Of a DNA stretch of 64,000 nucleotides, positions 28,221 to 37,889 are shown in pieces. The position numbers and the translations under genes are program-made. This DNA is from Thermodesulfovibrionia bacterium (lineage in GTDB: Bacteria > Nitrospirota > Thermodesulfovibrionia > UBA6902). Each line of letters opens with the position of its first letter. Positions within the stretch are counted from its first letter, which is position 1. The notes beneath the pieces are model-generated. The model saw only the letters and a list, made by a program, of their open reading frames with translations. It had not been told where the DNA came from and did not search any database. The stretch covers positions 1,693 through 65,692 of the forward strand of contig JAGVNU010000082.1 of NCBI GenBank assembly GCA_020053105.1, written 5' to 3'.

Positions 28221-29605
28221 AAAAAAACTACGATGTGATAATAATAGGCGCCGGGCCTGCCGGCATCTTTGCCGCGCTTGAGATTGTATCTTCCGGCAAA
28301 GACATCAAGGTACTGATGATTGAAAAAGGCCGGGACATTGATGACAGGATATGTCCTTCAGCGGCCAGAGAGGTGTCCTGTACGGCATGTCCCGAGTGCG
28401 GTCTGTTGTGCGGCTGGGGAGGCGCGGGGGCTTTCAGTGACGGCAAGCTCAGTCTTTCAAAAGAAATAGGCGGTAACCTGGCGCGATATACTGGTGAAGA
28501 AGAGCTTCAGGCCCTTATCGATTATACTGACGGGTTATATATTAAATATGGCGCGCCTTCCACTGTTTATGGCGGAGACATGGACAAGGTCAATGCGCTG
28601 AAGGACACTGCTGAAAAAAACGGCCTGACATTAATCCCCTCGAAAATAAGGCACATAGGGACAGACCGCTGTCCTGAGGTGCTGAAGAGGATGCAGGCGG
28701 AACTGGATTCAAAAGTTGATATCCTGTTTTCCAGGAATGTCACAAAAATCATTGTTGAAAATGGGAAGGCAGTCGGCATTGAGGCAGGCAGCGGAGATTT
28801 TTTTTATTCGGATTTCGTAGTAGTGGCCCCCGGCAGGGAAGGCGCTTTGTGGCTTGAAAGACAGGCCAAGCTGCTTGGGTTGTCTTTATTAAAGAACCCT
28901 GTAGATATCGGGGTCAGGGTTGAGCTGCCTGCGGAAGTGCTTGAGCCGCTTACAAAGGTCATTTACGAACCGAAGCTGATCTATTATACAAAGAAGTTCA
29001 ATGATAAGATCAGGACTTTTTGCGTGAATCCCTATGGCGAAGTGGTCAAGGAATACGTTAAGGGAGTATGGATTGTCAACGGGCACAGCTATTCCAATAA
29101 GAAGACCGTAAACACTAATTTTGCGCTGCTCGTCAGCACTCATTTTACTGAACCCTTTGATGAGCCCCATTTGTACGGCAGGTATGTGGCCCGTCTTGCC
29201 AATCTCCTGGGAAAAGGTGTTATCCTCCAGCGGCTCGGTGACCTCAGTGCCGGGCGCAGGTCCAATCCCGCAAGAATCAGCAGGGGCCGCGTAAAACCCA
29301 CGCTCAGTGACGCAGTACCGGGAGACCTGAGCTTTGCGCTGCCTCATCGTTATATCTCAGACATACTTGATATGCTCAAGACAATGGATAAAATTGCCCC
29401 GGGAGTCAACAGCCCTCACACCCTCCTTTACGGTGTCGAAGTAAAATTCTATTCAAGGCAGCTTAAGCTCGGCAGCAGCCTTGAGACTGAGGTCCAGAAC
29501 CTCTTTGCCATAGGCGACGGAGCCGGAGTCAGCAGGGGACTTATTCAGGCCTCGGCATCTGGTATAATTGCGGCAAGGGAAATATTAAAAAGATTCTTAT
29601 CGTAG
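28217..29605 (+). CDS. FAD-dependent protein (COG2509-type uncharacterised dehydrogenase) with Cys cluster
   Basis: MKKNYDVIIIGAGPAGIFAA Rossmann fold. CPSAAREVSCTACPECGLLCGWGGAGAFSDGKL. ATGA overlap with the surE stop. Confidence 0.7.
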   Translation: MKKNYDVIIIGAGPAGIFAALEIVSSGKDIKVLMIEKGRDIDDRICPSAAREVSCTACPECGLLCGWGGAGAFSDGKLSLSKEIGGNLARYTGEEELQALIDYTDGLYIKYGAPSTVYGGDMDKVNALKDTAEKNGLTLIPSKIRHIGTDRCPEVLKRMQAELDSKVDILFSRNVTKIIVENGKAVGIEAGSGDFFYSDFVVVAPGREGALWLERQAKLLGLSLLKNPVDIGVRVELPAEVLEPLTKVIYEPKLIYYTKKFNDKIRTFCVNPYGEVVKEYVKGVWIVNGHSYSNKKTVNTNFALLVSTHFTEPFDEPHLYGRYVARLANLLGKGVILQRLGDLSAGRRSNPARISRGRVKPTLSDAVPGDLSFALPHRYISDILDMLKTMDKIAPGVNSPHTLLYGVEVKFYSRQLKLGSSLETEVQNLFAIGDGAGVSRGLIQASASGIIAAREILKRFLS

Positions 29606-29678
29606 GGGCAGGCCTCTGTGCCTGCCCATTTGAAAAGGGCAACCGCAGAGGGTTGCCCCTGCAAATGACAAAATAATT

Positions 29679-30332
29679 ATGTCTTACGAAATACAGCGCC
29701 ATATAATGGTTGAGATCCAATTGAGGGGCCGGGGCATCAAAGATGAACGGGTACTGGATGCCATGGAGAAGGTCCCGAGACACCTTTTTGTCGGCAAGGA
29801 ACTGGAGGACAGGGCGTATGAAGACAATGCCTTGCCTGTTGGAGAAGGCCAGACGATTTCCCAGCCGTATATGGTGGCGCTTATGACTGAGCTGCTTGAA
29901 CTGAAGGGAGGGGAGAAAGTCCTCGAAATAGGCACCGGTTCAGGTTATCAGTCTGCTGTGCTCTCTCTCCTTGCGTCAGATGTTTATACTGTTGAAAGAA
30001 TTCAGTCTCTTGGAATAAAAACAGGAAAGCTGCTTGCTGATCAGGGTTACGGCAACGTACACACGGTAATTTCCGATGGCACGCTCGGTCTGCCGGAGCA
30101 TGCGCCTTACGATGGTATTATAGTTACCGCAGGGGCTCCGAAAATCCCTATTGAATATACGGACCAGTTGAAGATAAACGGAAGGCTTGTAATCCCCGTA
30201 GGAAGCAGATATTCTCAGGCGCTGTACCTGGTAAAAAAAACTGCGCGGGGGATCGAAAAGTCTGTATCCACAGGCTGTGTTTTTGTTCCGCTTATAGGGA
30301 AAGCCGGATGGGACGAGACAGAAATTTATTGA
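29679..30332 (+). CDS. pcm: protein-L-isoaspartate O-methyltransferase
   Basis: TISQPYMVALMTELL and SAM motif LEIGTGSGYQSAVL. Confidence 0.9.
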   Translation: MSYEIQRHIMVEIQLRGRGIKDERVLDAMEKVPRHLFVGKELEDRAYEDNALPVGEGQTISQPYMVALMTELLELKGGEKVLEIGTGSGYQSAVLSLLASDVYTVERIQSLGIKTGKLLADQGYGNVHTVISDGTLGLPEHAPYDGIIVTAGAPKIPIEYTDQLKINGRLVIPVGSRYSQALYLVKKTARGIEKSVSTGCVFVPLIGKAGWDETEIY

Positions 30333-30397
30333 CAATGAATTTGTTTTTATGTTTTTATGATTAACCAGGATCGCATTAATAACTTTCAGGAGGCAAA

Positions 30398-31303
30398 ATG
30401 CTTAGCGAATCAAAAAAGATATGGATGGATGGTAAATTTGTAAACTGGGCGGATGCCAATGTACATATCCTTACTCATACATTGCATTACGGGACTGGCG
30501 CGTTCGAGGGAATAAGATGTTACAAAACCCGGAGCGGTTCAGCAATATTCAGATTGCAGGAACATGTAGACAGGCTCTTTGACTCCTGCCATATTTTAAA
30601 GATTGATCCGCCTTTTAAACACGCCGAGATAAAGAAGGCAATTATAGATACGGTGAAAATAAACAAGCTCGAAGAGTGTTATATAAGGCCCCTCGTTTAC
30701 ATCGGATACGGCGCGATGGGCCTGTATCCGAAGCAAAACCCGATCAGGGTAGCTATCGCTGTCTGGCCCTGGGGGGCTTATCTGGGAGAAGAGGGCATAA
30801 AAAACGGCATCAGGGTCAAAGTTTCTTCCTTTGCGTGGAATGCTACATTGACCAAGAGCAAGACAAGCGGTGATTATGTTAATTCAACATTATCAAAACG
30901 TGAAGCTCTATCGTGCGGATATGAGGAAGCCCTTTTGCTTGATACCAGCGGTTTTGTTTCCGAAGGGACCGGGCAGAACATATTTATTGTGAAAAACGGA
31001 GTATTGCTTACTCCGCCCCTTCCCGCAATCCTTGAAGGCATTACCCGCAACAGCATTATGGAGATGGCGCGCAAGGAAAAAATAGAGGTCCGTGAACTGG
31101 CCTTTACACGGGACGAGGTTTACATTGCTGATGAGGCATTCTTCACGGGCACTGCCGCGGAAGTGACCCCTGTCAGAGAGGTGGACGGCAGGATGATCGG
31201 CAGCGGCAAACCCGGACCGATAACAAAAAAACTGCAAAGCCTTTTCTTTAAAATAGTAAAAGGTGAGATCAAGGCTTACAAATCCTGGCTCTCTAATATC
31301 TAA
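30398..31303 (+). CDS. ilvE: branched-chain amino acid aminotransferase (class IV)
   Basis: 301 aa. GTGAFEGIRCY and Lys-region TKSKTSGDYVNS are typical of IlvE. Confidence 0.9.
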   Translation: MLSESKKIWMDGKFVNWADANVHILTHTLHYGTGAFEGIRCYKTRSGSAIFRLQEHVDRLFDSCHILKIDPPFKHAEIKKAIIDTVKINKLEECYIRPLVYIGYGAMGLYPKQNPIRVAIAVWPWGAYLGEEGIKNGIRVKVSSFAWNATLTKSKTSGDYVNSTLSKREALSCGYEEALLLDTSGFVSEGTGQNIFIVKNGVLLTPPLPAILEGITRNSIMEMARKEKIEVRELAFTRDEVYIADEAFFTGTAAEVTPVREVDGRMIGSGKPGPITKKLQSLFFKIVKGEIKAYKSWLSNI

Positions 31304-31335
31304 ACGATGATTGATCTTTAACCGGGAACTACTAA

Positions 31336-31717
31336 GTGGAAAAAAGGACATTCCAGAGGTTGCCTGTTAATCTGCAAAAAAAGATTGTTCTACGGTAATA
31401 TGGTATACACAGGCATCGTGACCAATCTCTCGGAAAATGGAATGTTTATATCTACAAAGATGAGTTTCCCTGTTGGTTCCGTTTTTATTGCGATCATACT
31501 CCTGGATGCACATACCATATCAGTCCCTATCAAAATCAGAAGGTCAGTGAGGGCGGAGCAGTTAACAGTCAATGAACAAAGCGGCTTGGGGGTCGGGCTG
31601 CTGAATACTTCAAAAGAATATCTGGATTTTGTCAGTAAAACCAGGGCTTCTCTGTCAAACATTAATGACAGTAATATTATTCCCGATGAAATAAATCCTT
31701 CTGTCGATCTTAGTTGA
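31336..31717 (+). CDS. single-domain PilZ protein, paralog 1, frameshifted at an A7 tract
   Basis: GTG start 31336, then EKRTFQRLPVNLQK (RxxxR motif). A poly-A run (31376-31382) shifts the frame. The rest continues as listed ORF 31385..31717 (FYGNMVYTGIVTNLSENGMFIST, a D/NxSxxG motif). With A6 the gene would be intact and collinear with paralog 2. Confidence 0.55.
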
Positions 31718-31874
31718 ATCGCGCCTACCTGCCGGATTTCCGTTTTAACAGCAATTACGTCATTGGCATTCTGATACCTGTCGGCCCTGCTGCCGGGCTA
31801 AAGTTATTTAATGATTGGTCGATATTAATACCAAAGGCAAACATCAAGCCCAAAAAAAACGGGAGGTGTCGATC

Positions 31875-32273
31875 ATGGTTACAACTGCATATAAGACAAT
31901 GGATGGAATAATGCATGACGAACAGTTGGATACTCAGTCGGAAAGAAGGGCCTATGAACGATTCCCCGATAATCTGCAGGCAAGACTGTTTTTTGGAAAT
32001 ATGATCTATGCCGGGAAGGTAACGAACCTCTCAAAAAAAGGGATGTTCGTCAGTACAAATGTCAGGTTCCCGGTCAACACCGAATTTATGATGGTTGTTC
32101 TGTTGAATAACCGTACGTTGAAGCTCCCCATCAAAGTCAGACGCTCAGTCAAAAGAGAGAGCGCTTATAATTCCAGGAGAGACTGCGGCATAGGGGTCGA
32201 GCTTTTGGACGCTCCCCAGAATTATCTTGATTATATCGGCACACGCAAGTCATCCATGCAGGTTTCCTATTAG
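31875..32273 (+). CDS. single-domain PilZ protein, paralog 2
   Basis: Start at MVTTAYK after SD GGGAGGTG. RRAYERF (RxxxR) and NLSKKGMFVS (NxSxxG). C-terminus GIGVELLDAPQNYLDYI is shared with paralogs 1 and 3. Confidence 0.65.
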   Translation: MVTTAYKTMDGIMHDEQLDTQSERRAYERFPDNLQARLFFGNMIYAGKVTNLSKKGMFVSTNVRFPVNTEFMMVVLLNNRTLKLPIKVRRSVKRESAYNSRRDCGIGVELLDAPQNYLDYIGTRKSSMQVSY

Positions 32274-32447
32274 TTTTTCTTTCTAAGTGACTTCCCACCT
32301 GACTCTCTCTTGCATAAGAGGGAAAAGATCAACTCTTTTCTATGCTTTTATTATTATGTTATAGTTGAAAGTTCTTAACGACACACTGATCACAATCACA
32401 AAGCATCCATAAATTTCAGAGCGCATTTTTTAGATTTTGGATTTCAT

Positions 32448-35057
32448 ATGTCTGAACTGACTCCTTTGATGAAACAGTACCAGGATATCAAGAATAATCA
32501 TCCTGATGCTATTGTCTTTTTCCGCCTTGGGGACTTTTACGAGATGTTCGGCCCTGACGCGGTGACCGCCTCGAAGATCCTGCAGATAACTCTCACGTCA
32601 AGGGACAAGGGTAAGGCGGAGCCTCTGCCGATGTGCGGCATTCCGCATTTTACATCTGAAAACTACGTCGCTAAACTTGTAAAGGCCGGCCACAAGGTCG
32701 CTATCTGTGAACAGGTTGAAGACCCCAAAGACGCAAAGGGGATTGTAAAAAGGGAAGTCGTCAGGGTGGTCACTCCGGGGACTTTTCAGCCTGATAATCC
32801 CAAGGAGAATAATTTTATCCTCGGCTTCTTTCAGAAAGAGAATATATTCGGTATCGCGGCCGCGGACATTACAACAGGTGAGTTCCTGATCTATGAAACA
32901 CATAACAGCCTTGCCGACGAGGTGAACAGGTTTCAGCCCAAAGAAATACTCTATCCTCAGAGTTTCAGGAGCAGCTCATCTCTTATCGACGGTCTTGAAG
33001 ATTATTACCTTACAGGTTATGACGACTGGTACTTCGATTATATTGAGGCCTACCGTAAGCTCATCAAACATTTCAGGGTCGCCTCTCTTGACGGTTACGG
33101 CTGCGAAGGCATGATAGTGGCTATATCAGCGGCCGGCGCGCTTCTGAATTATCTTGAAGAGACTCAGAAGGACACGCTTACGTTCAGAAAGATAAATGTG
33201 ATACGGCGAGAATCAAAGATGCTTCTGGATGCTGCCACGCTCAGGAACCTTGAGATTTCAAAGAACATGCGAAGCAATGAGGTTGAGGGAAGTCTGCTAT
33301 GGATTATGGACGAGACGCATACCCCCATGGGGGGCAGACTGATAAGAAACTGGTTGATAAACCCGCTCCTGGACGCGGAGGAAATCAGGCGTCGTCAGGA
33401 TGCCGTGGCATCCCTGATGAGTGATTCCGGCAGCCTGTCCAAAATACAGGACGGATTAAAGAGTATATATGATATCGAACGCCTTGCATCGAGGATAGGC
33501 AGCGGGGCCGCCAATGCAAGGGACCTTCTGGCGCTCAGAAATTCCCTGGAAATACTGCCTGACCTCAAGGCCCTGCTTTACGATTACGATGATAAAACAC
33601 TTAAAGCGCTGTCGGGCCGCATTGACGTTCTTTCCAGCGTCAAGTCGCTTATTGAAGAGGCGATTGCGGACGATCCTCCCATGACTGTGAAGGAAGGCGG
33701 CTTGATAAAGAAGGGCTTCAACGCGGAGATAGATGAACTCAGGGAGATAAGCAGCAGCGGCAAGGATTTTATAGCATCTCTACAGGCAAGGGAGAGGGAG
33801 AGGTCCGGGATATCATCGCTTAAGGTCGGTTACAACAGGGTCTTCGGATACTATATCGAGATCACAAAGTCCAACCTCTCACAGGTGCCTGAGGAATATA
33901 TACGCAAGCAGACCCTTGTCAACGGCGAGAGATATATAACCCCTGAACTCAAAGAGTATGAGGCAAAGGTCCTGGGCGCTGAAGAAAGGCTTAATAATAT
34001 CGAGTATGATGTTTTTATAAAAGTTAGAAATGATATTGCTGCTGATACCGAAAAGCTCAGGCAGACATCGTCTGCCATTGCCGAACTGGACGCGCTGCAC
34101 AGTTTCGCATTTATCGCGAAAAAATATAATTACGAACGCCCGGTGGTGGACAGCGGGAACGTGATAAATATTTCTGAGGGCAGGCATCCGGTTGTAGAAA
34201 GGTTGTCAGGGGCCGAAAAATTCATAGCGAATGACTGCCTGACTGATTCCGAAGCGAACAGGATATTAATAATAACCGGTCCGAATATGGCAGGTAAATC
34301 AACTTACATGCGGCAGGTGGCGCTGATCGTACTGATGGCCCAGACCGGGAGCTTTGTCCCGGCCAAAGAGGCGAGGATAGGGATCGCGGACCGGATATTC
34401 ACGAGGATAGGCGCTTCTGACATTATTACAAAAGGCCAGAGTACTTTTATGGTTGAGATGATCGAGACCGCCAATATTTTAAATAACGCAACTGAAAAGA
34501 GTCTTATATTGCTGGATGAAGTTGGCAGGGGCACCAGCACCTTTGACGGGATAAGCATTGCCTGGGCTGTGGTTGAATACATCGCAAAGGAGCTGAAGGC
34601 CAGGACCCTGTTTGCCACTCACTATCATGAACTCACCGAACTCTCCCTTGTCCTTGACGGCATAAAGAATTTAAATGTTGCAGTCAGGGAATGGGGGGAT
34701 GAGATCATTTTTCTAAGAAGGATAGAAGAGGGCGGGGCTGATAAAAGCTATGGCATACAGGTCGCAAGGCTTGCAGGTCTTCCCGATGAGACTATAATGA
34801 GGGCCAGGGAGATATTGTCCAATCTCGAAAAATCAGAGCTCAACGAACTCGGAGCGCCGAAGCTTGCCTATGCATCTGATGCGGGAATTTCCCAGACTCC
34901 CGGGGCCGGCCAGCTTGACCTTTTCGCCACACAGGCCGATCCAGTGATGAAGGAGCTTCTCGGCCTTGACGTCCTCAGCATGACCCCGATTGAGGCGCTA
35001 AACAAACTCTTTGAGATGAAGAAGAAGCTGGCGGATGGGAAAGAGAAAAAGGGCTGA
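32448..35057 (+). CDS. mutS: DNA mismatch repair protein MutS
   Basis: 869 aa. N-terminal mismatch-binding TPLMKQY...GDFYE, Walker A GPNMAGKST, and signature TFMVEM...DE.GRGTSTFDG. Confidence 0.95.
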   Translation: MSELTPLMKQYQDIKNNHPDAIVFFRLGDFYEMFGPDAVTASKILQITLTSRDKGKAEPLPMCGIPHFTSENYVAKLVKAGHKVAICEQVEDPKDAKGIVKREVVRVVTPGTFQPDNPKENNFILGFFQKENIFGIAAADITTGEFLIYETHNSLADEVNRFQPKEILYPQSFRSSSSLIDGLEDYYLTGYDDWYFDYIEAYRKLIKHFRVASLDGYGCEGMIVAISAAGALLNYLEETQKDTLTFRKINVIRRESKMLLDAATLRNLEISKNMRSNEVEGSLLWIMDETHTPMGGRLIRNWLINPLLDAEEIRRRQDAVASLMSDSGSLSKIQDGLKSIYDIERLASRIGSGAANARDLLALRNSLEILPDLKALLYDYDDKTLKALSGRIDVLSSVKSLIEEAIADDPPMTVKEGGLIKKGFNAEIDELREISSSGKDFIASLQARERERSGISSLKVGYNRVFGYYIEITKSNLSQVPEEYIRKQTLVNGERYITPELKEYEAKVLGAEERLNNIEYDVFIKVRNDIAADTEKLRQTSSAIAELDALHSFAFIAKKYNYERPVVDSGNVINISEGRHPVVERLSGAEKFIANDCLTDSEANRILIITGPNMAGKSTYMRQVALIVLMAQTGSFVPAKEARIGIADRIFTRIGASDIITKGQSTFMVEMIETANILNNATEKSLILLDEVGRGTSTFDGISIAWAVVEYIAKELKARTLFATHYHELTELSLVLDGIKNLNVAVREWGDEIIFLRRIEEGGADKSYGIQVARLAGLPDETIMRAREILSNLEKSELNELGAPKLAYASDAGISQTPGAGQLDLFATQADPVMKELLGLDVLSMTPIEALNKLFEMKKKLADGKEKKG

Positions 35058-35176
35058 CCCCGTTTGTCTGTTCGAGGGGGACTTATTCTACAAACTCGTT
35101 ATGTCCTGATGAGCGAGAACGTCTTGACCGTATTCCCGGCATTCGGTATGATAAGTAGTAATACCGGAGGTGAACA

Positions 35177-35419
35177 ATGAGTAAAGCAAAGATTGCAATT
35201 ACCCTTGAACAAAATTCTATTAGTCGTTTGGACCATCTCGTCCGTGAGAACATCTTTTTAAATCGTAGTCAAGCAATTCAGGAAGCTGTGAACGAAAAGA
35301 TAGAAAGATTAGAGCGCAATCGTTTGGCAAAAGAATGTGCCAAATTGGATCCGGCATTTGAGAAAGCTATGGCTGAAGAAGGATCAGCCGAGGATTTAAG
35401 CAAATGGCCAAAATATTAA
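35177..35419 (+). CDS. ribbon-helix-helix antitoxin (MazE/CopG-like)
   Basis: 80 aa. AITLEQNSISRLDHLV RHH motif. 16-nt overlap with the downstream toxin gene. Confidence 0.7.
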   Translation: MSKAKIAITLEQNSISRLDHLVRENIFLNRSQAIQEAVNEKIERLERNRLAKECAKLDPAFEKAMAEEGSAEDLSKWPKY

Positions 35420-35742
35420 GAGGTGAGATTCGTTGGGCAGACTTAAATCCTGTGCGTGGTCATGAACAAGCAGGCATGCGACCTGTTTTAATCTTAAGCC
35501 AAGATATATTTAACGAACATTCCGGGACTGTTATAGCGATGGCACTCACCAGCCAGCCTCAGAGAGCAGGGTTCCCTTTGACGCTGGAGCTGAAAACTGA
35601 AAAACTGCCAAGACAATCATGGGTAAAAATTAGCCAGATACGAACTCTTTTTGTTGAGAGAATCGGGAAGAAACTTGGACGAGTATCTCCAGCAGAGCTT
35701 GCGCAAGTAATCGAAGGGCTGAATGAAATAATCGGGACATAG
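35404..35742 (+). CDS. mazF: MazF/PemK-family endoribonuclease toxin
   Basis: 112 aa. GEIRWADLNPVRGHEQAGMRPVLILSQD...GTVIAMALTSQ is the classic PemK fold signature. Confidence 0.85.
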   Translation: MAKILRGEIRWADLNPVRGHEQAGMRPVLILSQDIFNEHSGTVIAMALTSQPQRAGFPLTLELKTEKLPRQSWVKISQIRTLFVERIGKKLGRVSPAELAQVIEGLNEIIGT

Positions 35743-35758
35743 ACCTGCCACTACCCAC

Positions 35759-36399
35759 TTACTGTTCCGTCACCCTGTCCTCCAGCGCATCCAGTACAAA
35801 TAATTGCCTCTCACCCCTCACCACTTTTCTTTTATGGCAGCTCTGGCAGTGAGTATTTGCACCTTCTTTCAGGTGGCAGGCTACGCAATTCTTCTCTTCC
35901 GGCTTGACCAGGTCGACCTTTAAGCTATGCTCTCCATGAATCATGTCCTTATGACAATCGGTGCACAAAAATTCATCCCGCACAACATGCGGTGGCAGGT
36001 GTAGCCGCAGAACTTGTTGCTGCCGACATATACGTAACCGCCGCCGAACCCGATCAACACAACCACGGCAAGGCCGCCCGGTTGGTATCCTACCGGGTAA
36101 TCCGGATACTGGAAATCGAATAATTTTACGGTGCTCTTTCCACGTGTATGGCACTGCCCGCAGACCATTGCAGCACGCCTGGGATCAAAGATCTTGGCCG
36201 GGTTTACTATCGTCTTGGCCAAGTCTGCGCCTTCGGCATGGATATGGTTGCTCCCCGGACCGTGGCAGGCTTCACATGCAACGCCTTTGTCCGCCCATTT
36301 TGTGTTTGTATATGTGTCGGTAGCCGGATCATAAGTGAATTCCGATTCAAAAAAGATTCCGGACAAGTCGACCATCAAAGCCACTTTGTCAAGGGACAA
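35759..36399 (-). CDS. multiheme cytochrome c (at least 6 CxxCH), frameshifted at a T5/A5 tract, no signal peptide detected
   Basis: Frame A (36399..35941): CEACHGPG, CGQCHTRG, CGYTCH. Frame B (to 35759): CTDCHKD, CVACHLK, CQSCHKR. The shift lies at A5 on the plus strand, 35968-35972. T6 would join them as ...CGYTCHRMLCGMNFLCTDCHKDM.... Confidence 0.6.
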
Positions 36400-36512
36400 A
36401 CGTTCAATGTTGACCCTTCACTTTTAATAACCGGAAAAGTTAATATAAGCTCTATTTTGTTACTAGTCATATATACGTAAACCTGCATACGTATAGGAAG
36501 AGGACGCTATCT

Positions 36513-37760
36513 ATGAAATACATTGTTCTCATCGGCGACGGGATGGCGGACCGGCCGCTGAAGGCGCTCGGGTACAGGACGTGTCTCCAGAAGGCCCACA
36601 CGCCCAATATGGACAGGCTGGCTGCTGAAGGTGAAGTCGGTAAAGCGAGAACAGTTCCGGTGGGGATTGATCCCGGATCGGATGTTGCCAATCTCTCCAT
36701 TCTTGGTTATGACCCTTCGAAGTATTACAGCGGACGTGCCCCGATAGAGGCTGAATACCGGGGGATAAAGCTGGGGCCTTCAGATATTGCCTTCAGATGC
36801 AACCTCGTTACTTTGAAATATCCTTCTGCCACTGGAAAAGGTGGACATGATATCGGCGCCGCAGTCATGCAGGATTACAGCGCAGGCCATATATCAACAA
36901 AAGAGGCTGCGCTGCTTATCAGGGACATCAATAAAAAACTGGGCAGTAAAGATATCAGCTTCTACGCCGGCATGAGTTACCGTCATCTCATGGTATGGAA
37001 AAAGGGGATAGAAAAGATGCGCTGTACTCCGCCCCACGATATTTCAGGCAAGAAGACAGGCGCGCATCTGCCGAAAGGGAAAGGTGCCGAAATGCTTCTT
37101 TCGTTGATGGACAGAGCTGCGGAAATCCTTATGTCCCACCCGATCAATCAAAAGAGAATCAGTGATGGGCAGAATCCGGCAAACAGTATCTGGCTTTGGG
37201 GCCAGGGCCGGAAGCTGACTGTGCCTTCATTCAAGCAAAAATATAACCTGAAAGGCGCACTGATATCAGCTGTTGACCTTACAAAGGGTCTCGGCATCTG
37301 CGCCGGGTTTGACATATTAAAGGTTAAAGGGGCAACAGGATATATTGATACGAATTATATCGGCAAGGCCAGGGCGGCCCTCAATGCACTGAAGAAATAT
37401 GACATTGTATATGTGCACGTTGAGGCCCCGGATGAAGCAGGACATAACGGTGATTTAAAGGCCAAGCTGCAGGCGATTGAGGATTTCGACCAGAAGGTTG
37501 TCGGGACCATTCTTGACGGTATAAAGAAGTTAGGCGACTGCAGTATCCTTCTTATGCCTGACCATTATACGCCGATAAGCATCAGGACCCATACGAGTGA
37601 GCCTGTGCCGTTTGTTATTTACAGGAGCGGAGGATTGTCCGGGAAACCGAAGGCCAAGGCGCACGCCTATTCGGAGAGTATTTGCAGGATGAAAAATGTC
37701 CTTGTATTTGACAAGGGACATAAATTGATGGATTATTTTGTTAAGCATAAGCAGCGGTAA
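36513..37760 (+). CDS. cofactor-independent phosphoglycerate mutase (ApgM) family protein; likely the 'proposed homoserine kinase' paralog
   Basis: 415 aa. MKYIVLIGDGMADRP...HTPNMDRLA is the ApgM metalloenzyme N-terminus. It sits immediately upstream of lysC, as in thrB-lacking genomes. Confidence 0.75.
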   Translation: MKYIVLIGDGMADRPLKALGYRTCLQKAHTPNMDRLAAEGEVGKARTVPVGIDPGSDVANLSILGYDPSKYYSGRAPIEAEYRGIKLGPSDIAFRCNLVTLKYPSATGKGGHDIGAAVMQDYSAGHISTKEAALLIRDINKKLGSKDISFYAGMSYRHLMVWKKGIEKMRCTPPHDISGKKTGAHLPKGKGAEMLLSLMDRAAEILMSHPINQKRISDGQNPANSIWLWGQGRKLTVPSFKQKYNLKGALISAVDLTKGLGICAGFDILKVKGATGYIDTNYIGKARAALNALKKYDIVYVHVEAPDEAGHNGDLKAKLQAIEDFDQKVVGTILDGIKKLGDCSILLMPDHYTPISIRTHTSEPVPFVIYRSGGLSGKPKAKAHAYSESICRMKNVLVFDKGHKLMDYFVKHKQR

Positions 37761-37889
37761 TAAGAAAATATTTATATTCCAATGGAACGGTAAAAATGTT
37801 AAAATCCCGGATTCCAATTATGAGGGACCACAAACAGAACATTAAGTGAATTTTGTGTTTAATGTATAAAATGAAGCGAGGTTAATAAA

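Noticed and set aside
37761-37889. Possible lysine/threonine riboswitch or T-box upstream of lysC
   Set aside because: The leader is only about 130 nt and AT-rich, with none of the conserved L-box or T-box sequence blocks.
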